Of a stretch of DNA of 64,000 nt, positions 28,833-37,800 are shown piece after piece (positions within the stretch are counted from its first letter, which is position 1; each line of letters starts with the position of its first letter). Origin of the DNA: an uncultured bacterium (GTDB lineage Bacteria > Oederibacteriota > JAAXVQ01 > JAUVAV01); the NCBI GenBank assembly GCA_963710755.1, contig CAVQBK010000003.1, positions 384,001-448,000 of the forward strand, read 5' to 3'. The notes beneath the pieces are model-generated. The model worked only from the letters and a program-made list of their open reading frames with translations, did no database searches and was not told where the DNA came from. The translations under genes were made by a program, and so were the position numbers.

Positions 28833-31800
28833 GGACCTGGCGGTGACCAAGCAAATCTATCCGGAGCTGATGGACCATAACAGGCATGCCGTCGGAACTT
28901 ATGGAATGGCCGGCTTTTTGAGAAAACTAACCATTCTACTCGCGAGCTTACTCAGGGCCAACCAGCAAGAACTTATTTCAGATGGAGGGTGGAAGTTCCT
29001 GACGGAAGAATATGTTCCACGCTTTGGTTTTAACAGCAATACCTGGTTGATTCAAATGGCCTTTGATCTGTACCGGGTACAAACAGTGAAGGACGAGTCC
29101 CTGCAGATCTATCATCCCGAACAAATGGGGTTATCCGCCGCAGGCCGGGCAGGTCTGAACCAATTGGCGGCTATGTATCAAGCCGACCGACAAGAGTTAT
29201 ATTCGCGGCGGCAAATTGATCCTAAAAAAATCAGCAGCCCTCTTTATTGCGCCATGGCGGCCTATGAAACAGGATTTTCCACCGCCACTTGGGGGCATGG
29301 TTCTCACTATCACCTTGATTTCAAGAATTATGTCAGCAAGCATATGCAGCAAGATCATTTAACACGAGGCCTGGCAGTAACCTTGGGTCAACAATACCCG
29401 CTAAGCAGAAAGGGCAATGATGCATTTGATAAAGACAGCCAGAAAAAGGGTGTACTGCATGCTTCTTTCAGCCGTTATTGGCTGCCCCTGGCAGCGGATT
29501 TGGGGAATGCCTGTTATTCCTGGATCATTTATTTTGAAGATAAGAAAAGTGTTTTGGGTACTGTGGTCTATACTGAAGGCGAAGGTAGGGAAGAGCATTT
29601 CAGCGGGTCTACACTGATTTTGGAAAACAGGATAAAAGGCAAAAAAACCTGGATTTTGCGTGCGGTTAACCCTTCCACCGAGCTTTGTGAAACCTATCAT
29701 GATCAGGATATATTCCGTGCAGTGCTGGATTATACGGTGAAATTGGCGGAAAAATATAATCTGGAAAATCCGGGAGAAGCAGTGGAGGTGCTGGTGGCGC
29801 CTTTTGATAAGAGCCTCCCAGAATCCTTCAGCCGCCGGCCGGCCATGGTCAAAACCTTGCAACAATGGTTTGGCACAGCCCGGGACGTGACCCTTGATCA
29901 AAAAGAGAAGTTTAACAAAATGGACATCACTAACAGTTGCCGGGTAATTGCCGAACGTGGCCAGGACGGGCACTTCATCTACAGCCAGGAGGCGTTCAAC
30001 CGCCAAGGGATAAAGCACAGCGCTGCCACCATGACCGCCACCAAGGTGCTGCGAAGCCATGCCCTCGCCGGTCCGGCGGCCTGGCTGGTCAGGCACTGGG
30101 GCGCTTGGGGCATTGCCCTGGTGGAAGAGTTTGGCCTGGGGACCGGCAATAGTCAGATTAACAAAGACAAGTTTGCTCAACTTAGAGCGCAAGTCTTGAC
30201 GCCTTGGCAGGCCCTGCAGCGCGGCCGCTGGCTGCCGGCCGTAATGGTTGGGCTGACCTATGCATTCTGGATGCAGTTGGATTTTGGAGTGTATATACTC
30301 GTTCCCCTGGCCATCGTCATGGCCGGATGGCCGGCCAAAGGGCAATGGGCTTTTGTGACTGGCCATGACCAAGGCACCCGCCAACAATGGGCAGCGCGAA
30401 TCATGGCCATGTTGTTTTTCAACCTCATTTCCTTGTCCCTCAGTACCACCCTCCTGACGATTTTATTATCCTTCAATCCAGGCGGTATTCCGTTTGTGCT
30501 CATGGCCGTGTTCGCGAGCAGTATGGCCGGTACGTTGACTGCAACCATGGGTCATATTAAATGGAACAGTCGAGCATCTATAAAGAACCTCATCACCAAA
30601 GCAGGCCGTCTCAATTGGAGAACGCTGTTGCTTTGGAGCAGCACCGTGCTGATCATCCTGCTGGTCGCTACGATGGTTTTACCCTATAACGGCATGGACC
30701 AAGCGATGCTTTTAAAACCGGGCAACATGGGAGGCCAATCGCTTTGGGGAGGGATGTTGCCCGCCGGACCGGGCATGAGCGCCATGCCGCCAACTGCCGA
30801 AGAATTCCTAGTAATGAGCCTTTTACAAGCCGGCGTAGCCGGACTATTTTTTGCAGTTATCAGTTATTTTTTATTTAAGTGGCTGGATAGAAATGAAGAT
30901 CCACAGAAGAAGGGGGAGATAGATGAATCCCTTAAAAAGACTTTAATTAATGAAGTAACCAGAATAGCGAAGCAATACCGGGGCCAGGAAGTGGCGATAG
31001 TGCCTTTTCTACAGGGATTTATGAAAAGGAATTATAAAAACACTATGGCCACCCCGGAGCAATTATTGTCTGTTCAGGATCAATTAATCAAAGAGCACAT
31101 CATCACCTCCAAATCAGCCTCGATTCAACAGTTAGGCACGGGAGAGCAAGATGAGCAACAAGCAGCACGTTTGGAAAAAAGAGTCCAGGGGTGGTTGTTC
31201 CTCTTCCTGTTGGTGTTGTTCTTCCATATCACGGTCGACTATAATCCACCTCTGTTGATTTTGAGCACGATGTATCATATGAGTATAGCCATGCTGTATC
31301 TCGGGCTTTTGGCGGCATTTGTTTATGATGATGCCAGGCAGGCGGTGTTAAGGAACGAGTTCAATGGCTGGCATGAACTTTTCATCAGCGGTGTTTCCTA
31401 TTTGATGGGGCGCCGGTCCGCGGGCACACGGGCGGCGCTGATGAGCGCGGTTGATGATCAGTCGCTTCCCGTCAAAACAGGAAAAAACAACAACTCAACA
31501 TGGCAGCGCTGGTGGCCATGGCTGCTGATTGGAGGGGCGGGGATGCTGGGGCTGTGGATTTGGCTGTCGCAGGACAGCAGCGCGGGTCAGGCGCTGGGCT
31601 TGGCCCCCCTGGGAGATCAACCCAAGGGATGGCTTGGCTTGGCGGCAGGGCTGGCGATGGTCGCGGGGATGATCGTGGCCGCGGGGCTGAGCCTGTTTTG
31701 GTTGATCAAATGGCTGTCGCAAAGACCGTGGTGGCAAGATTGGTTACAACGCTTGGGCTCGAGCCTGCACGCCCTGACGGAACACATGCTTCCCAAACCT

Positions 31801-34800
31801 GCCAAGAACGATTCATCACAGAAGAGCAGGGAGGTGGAGCAGACCAGAGAAAAGCAAAGGCGTCAAAGAGTGATGTTGTGGATTGGGTTTGGACTGCTGA
31901 TCGTGATCATCCTGATGAGTTTAAACCTTAATTCCGGCGAGGGGCCTTTGAACTTGAGTATGCTCAAACCCCTTGTGAACGACAAAATCCTGACCGCCAG
32001 GCTTGGCTTGCCGGTGGGGATCGGCGCGTTGGCGGTCGGGGCTGCTAAGACTTTGTCTTCACCACCAGGGCTCTCTGAGGACCAGATCCGCATCCAGCGC
32101 CAGGTGATGGAAACGGTGTGGATGCCGTCATTAAGCGCCAGGGGATCGGCTGCTGAAAACGCGCCTAAGCACGCAGCCCGATCGGTGCAAGAGCAAGCCT
32201 ATGGTGACCTCATCGATCGTTTGGCAGAAAAAGACCTGGTTACCATGGCCGGGGGACAGGCAGCCTTTGTTGCGCTGGTTAATTTGTTCACGCCGGCCCA
32301 GATAGATCAAGCACTTAAAAGCGGCACCATTGAATCCTTAACCGAGTATATTGACTATTATGCTGGAAAGCGATTTGCTCAACTAGAATCCAAAACTTAC
32401 TATTCTTTACCATTTACGGAAATACCGAACCAATTGAATCAGGGGCAATGGCTTATCCTGGTTCACAATAAGCCGCACACAACCCGTATCGGTAGAGAAG
32501 AAACCTGGGAAGACTTTGCCAGCGCACCCTTAAAAAGCGGCAGCGGCGCAGTGTTTCATTATACCTTTGTACCGCCGCGCGTTTTCACGGATAAAGGGTT
32601 ATATGAATTCACCTATTATTTCTCTGATGAGCAGCGTTGGGAACATAACCTTTGGGAGCCGAATCATAAAGTCAATGTTTATCAATCGGAAGACCCCGTC
32701 TCCATGAACATCGAAGATGTTGCGCCGGTAATTAAAAAAGAAAAACCCAACAGCGATGTTTTAGTGGATGAAATTTTAGGAAACTTGCATCCTGCAGAAG
32801 TAAAACATTCCATCAAGTCTGCCTTAAACGGACACTCGCCGGATGAGCAGTTGGCTATTCTGAACATCATGCTTGGTTTAGGCAATGGCAATCCCGAAAC
32901 AGAAGAGTTAAGTAGTGCCCTCCACCGGGTGTGGTCCAAATACTATGGCCAGGAGCAAGAGGTTGCTCGTCCTGTGATAACGTCGATCAATCTGCCGCCT
33001 GATTTTGAATCGGTGAAAAAAGTGATTTACAGTCCCTATGGGCACATGCTGATGCTATATAAATCCTCGGACTATTCGGTGACGGGTAAACTGGCGATCT
33101 ACCCCTATGATGAACAAGGTCTTAAAGATCACTATCTGATCTATCCCATGGGCAAAACCATTACGGATATTGCCCTCTCAAATGATCATGACTGGTTGGC
33201 GATAAGCTCTATTGCTAATGGCAACAACAATAAATACAGTCTTTCTCTTGCGCCCTTTTTAAAAGAACAGGGCGGGGTTTATGCTGCGGCTAAGGTCATT
33301 GATGAAAGCGCGGATGACATTCTGGGCATGGCGTGGTCACCCAAGGAACCGCTGCTGGCGGTCGGCCAGAAAGGCAAAGGGCAATTTTATAAGCAAGTTA
33401 ACCAACGCTGGATAACTATGGACGGCCCGGTAAGGCAAGAGGCCACGTTTGGCTTTAAGTTCCCGCAATGGTCTTTACAAGGCGACAAGGTGCTGTTTTG
33501 TAATGACGATAAAAATGATTTTGGGCCTGTGGCGGTGCTGTGGTATTTGAATGACGACCATCCCTTTGGATCAAGTGACCACACGGCTTTGCTGCTGGAG
33601 CCGAAACACACCATAGATAAGTATACTCAGTTCCGTTTTAGTCCTGATGGCGTGTATTTGGCGGCCATGCAAAACAGTATTATCGGCAAACCAGCACTCT
33701 ATATCTGGTCTATAGGCCGGCAGAGGGGGGCAATCCAAGGTCAGGGTAAAGCGCTGCAAAATGAGATTAAAGCGCGAGGCTATGAATGCCAGCACGATCT
33801 TCTCGATTTACGTTGGACCATCGATAACGCGCTTGTGGTGATCGGTATCCGCTACCCAAAGTTGTTTTCTCGTACCAAAACCAGTGTTTTTGCCGCGCAA
33901 GCAGTGATATGGCAATGGGATGATCAGGGCGAGGAAGGTCTGAGTACCTATCCTTTAGCCACCGTGATTGGTGATTGGGAAAAAGAAATATTAGGCAAGA
34001 TCATGCCCAACGGCCGTATCATCATGCTAAATCGCAGCCATATGGTAGCCGGTTCTTCTAAGTGGACGTCGTTCGACAGTGGCTATCATGTGACCTATCA
34101 GATACCCAATATTACCTATAGCGAGTGGAAGAAAGTCAGCGCGCTTCCAAGTGGCAAGGCGTTCTGGTTGACCGGCGAATTTCGTCAGGCACAACCCAGT
34201 TGGTTTAAACGAAGACTGATTTCCCTAAGTTTGCCTGAAGAAATGCCGGTTAACGAGCAGTCTGAAAAAGCCGCTGTACCGGCAAGCGTGAAAACCATTA
34301 ATGATTTAAAACTGGCCCAGGGTTTAAACCAGGTGGTGCTGGTAACGGATAATGCTATTGGAACAGCCTTGGACGCGGTTATGGACGTGTATCATGAAGA
34401 CGAGCAATCACCACAACTTATCAACCTTGGCCCTGCTGACAGTATAGAGGGGTGGTCCGGTTGGGATGAAATAAAGAGAACTTACAGGGATGATGCAGTC
34501 GAGTTGCCGTTATGGCGGGCTCTGCAGCGCAAACAACCGATCATCATCCGCCTGAATCGCGGTGTCAAGCAAAACGTGGTTGAGGATTTATTGCAAACCA
34601 TTATCCCCTACCTGATCAAGCAAAAGCGCTTCCACTCGATGGTGGTGATTGCGCCCCCGGAAGTGATGAGTGCTGTCGCCACTACGATTGAAAATATACA
34701 CGCTTGGATTAGGGGTGCAGCTTCCCCGGAGCAGAGGCGTGCTGTCACCACTATGCCCGAGGTATGGAGCTATTATCCCATGGTCCACGCTGCCCCAGGT

Positions 34801-37800
34801 TCCCTGGCAGAACAACAGGAACGGCTTTTAAGATTGGTTGATGAGCTGGAGATTCCCCAGGATCACCCTGCCAGGAGCATGGTAGAAGCGTTGACAACCA
34901 TAGCCCGGTTGAGTGCAGCCTATGCTGCTGACCACAGTAGCGGCCAGGAGTTGGAAATGGTGCCCTATGAAGCCTTGGCACAAACCTTGATCTATTTAAA
35001 CCGGTATCCTGGTGAGTACAGACACGTGGTCGATCTGGTTCGTCAATACACCGGGAAAAACGCGCCCCAGGCGGATGGCTTCTGGAAAACCTGTAAACAA
35101 TCTGTGCCCGCGTTGGGCATGGATGAAAAATATATTGAACCCCGGGATTTTAATCCGAACAACCTCCCTCTTATCGGCGCCATCACCGAACCTGTCGCGC
35201 ATTTGCACCGCCTGTGGCAGCTTGGACGGTCGGCTATTCTGGTCAATCATAACACCATGGATTTGGCGGGGGTCATAGCTGATTATTACCGCCAAACACT
35301 TGAGGAGCCCCTGTGGATCGACGGCGCTGGTATAAAGAAGGGGGAAGAAATCAAGGAGGTGGACCAATTAACCGCTGCTTACGATCAATTTAGGCCGGTG
35401 ATCATCAACCATATCCATCAAATGGATCCATACATTTTGACCCATGTCCATTATTTAATGACCTTGTCATCTCAAGCATACGGTGAGGAAGGTTTCCGGC
35501 CGGGTTTTCAAATAGTGGGTATCGATGAGGCCAACAGTGCCTACGCGCCGTCAACGGGCACAGCTGTGATACCAGTAGAAGAAATGGATGATGCGGATTT
35601 GAAAGCACTTATCCAATCAGCAGCACCTCATTTGAAAACAGCGCAGGTAAAAGATATATTAAACCTTTTCAACCGCCCGGTTTATCAACGCGAACGAAAA
35701 AAAACGACCCTCTTTCCAGGGTTAAAACTGTTGCAATTACTTGCAGAGATCGCTGACTGGCCGGAGCCAATGGCTAATTTTGTTATTGGACATAGCAACT
35801 CGATTTTGGAGTTGATCGCACAGTTGGAAAAGTTTGAAGCGCTGAAATTGAAATTTTCTTTTAAAAATTATTGGGATTATCCAGACTTGGGAGAGCAGTT
35901 ATTAAAAGGATGCCAGGATAATAGTCAGCTCTATAACTCATTACGTTCATTACAGCTTGGCCTGTCCTATTACACACTCGACCAAATCGCAGCCTATGTT
36001 GAAAAAATGCACGATGTGCCGCTGCCCTTGCTCAAGGAGTCTGGAAGTGAGCAGTCTATATTTACAGATCTTCCCGGCATTCGAGAGCAGTCAGAAAGGG
36101 CTGCCATGTTAAACGAGGTGTTCCCGACATTAAAACGGGCCAGTCGGCATCATCCTCCGCTTTATTCATTCATACTAAATATGTATTTAGAGAAAAAGAG
36201 GCCTGAAGAGCAGCAGCAAATGCTGGCGGCCATGAAGAATGAGCAATGGCTAACAACGGTAGAGTTGTTGGCTAAAGCCATCGCTCTGACCAACAAGCAG
36301 TGGAGAGACGTTTTTAATCACTATATAAACGCTTACTTGGACGGCCAAGCAACTCACGTGACAGCGGTCGTTAAAGCATTTAGCCGTCAGGCAGTGTTGA
36401 TTTTAAACAGTGGGCTGCTATCCGGACTTGACGCACAGGCATGGCAGTATACCTTTGATGCATTGCTTTACTGGCAGGCGGAACATCCGGATAATCTCAA
36501 AGTACTATTAAATATTATTGATGTTGATGAAAATGAAAACGTGGTTTTTAAGTCTTTTGATCAAAAATCAAAACAAGGATGGATTAATTTGGCACGGGAA
36601 ATCATTAACAGCCGGATCACCAGTTATGTCAACATCCTGGAGGATTGTTTATTTACCGCTGAATCGTTGAACCCTTATTATCGGCCCTTTCCACAAACCA
36701 TTTGGTCAGGTTATCTGGACTTGAGAAGCAGAATGGCGGTTGCTGAACTGTATGCTGAAATTGCGATGGCTGATGAATATTTAAAAGCGCAATGGGCAAG
36801 ACCGGCAACCGAGGAAGAAAGTGAACAAGTTGAAGAAACGGGTCAACATGAAGAAACGGGAGAAGAAACATTTTACCAGTTGGTGGGTGAACTTAACAAC
36901 CTGCTTAAAGCCATAAAAGACCAGGCCACCACAGCTTCGAGGAGAAGAAAATTAATCGAGGCCATGGCTGAGAAACAAAATATGGTCCGCAAGTTGTTTT
37001 TACATACACTGTTGAACGCTCACAATGGGGAGTACAGCCAAGCGTTGGATAAGCTCGATCCCGGCATGAAGAAGCGCGTCATGACCATCGCCATTCTCCT
37101 GGAAACATTGGATAACGGCTCAGAAGTAAGTGAATACGGTGAAGCAGGCTGGGTCCGATTAATGAACAAGCATGTGTTCAAAATAATATTCGATCATCTG
37201 ATGACGGATGAGCAGGATGCCCTGAGAAAGGGACTGGACGCGGCGCAACGGTTTTTACTGGATTTTGATAGAGCGGCCATGCAGGAAGAGCTTAAAAAAC
37301 TGGATGAACTTGAAGCGCAGTTGGGGAAAAAAGGTACAGGCTACCAGACCGATGATCTGAGCGAGCACAAAGCCAATAAAGAAACCATCGTGGCCCTGGT
37401 GGCGGCCGGCTATGATGAACGCCTGTGGACAGAAGGCATTGAGCTTAAGGTAGGTATTGATCAAGCCTTGAGCGAGGAGCAAAAAGTACAGCGCATATTA
37501 TCCATGTCCCATGAGTTGGCTGAATGGGCGATTGAACTGGGTATGACGACATTCAATGGAAAACCCTTTGATCTTTCGCGGGCCCATGAATTGATTGACC
37601 TTAAGACATGTAAAGCCTTGGTAAATGAGTTAGGAGCGCAAGTACCGGTTATAAGCGAGGATATAGACGCCCGCATCAATGACATTCTGGACCACATTTC
37701 CAATACGGAAAAGAAGGAAGCAGAGGTGGTAGCTAAGCAGCAATTTCGGGTGGTCATCAAAAAAGACTTTATTCGAGAAGCCACGGCCGGCATTGGCGTG

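Noticed and set aside
29401-30387. 328-aa antisense ORF and many other overlapping ORFs in the track (e.g. 2943..3701, 15394..16125, 11719..12381)
   Set aside because: These are shadow frames of well-supported genes, with no motifs or RBS.
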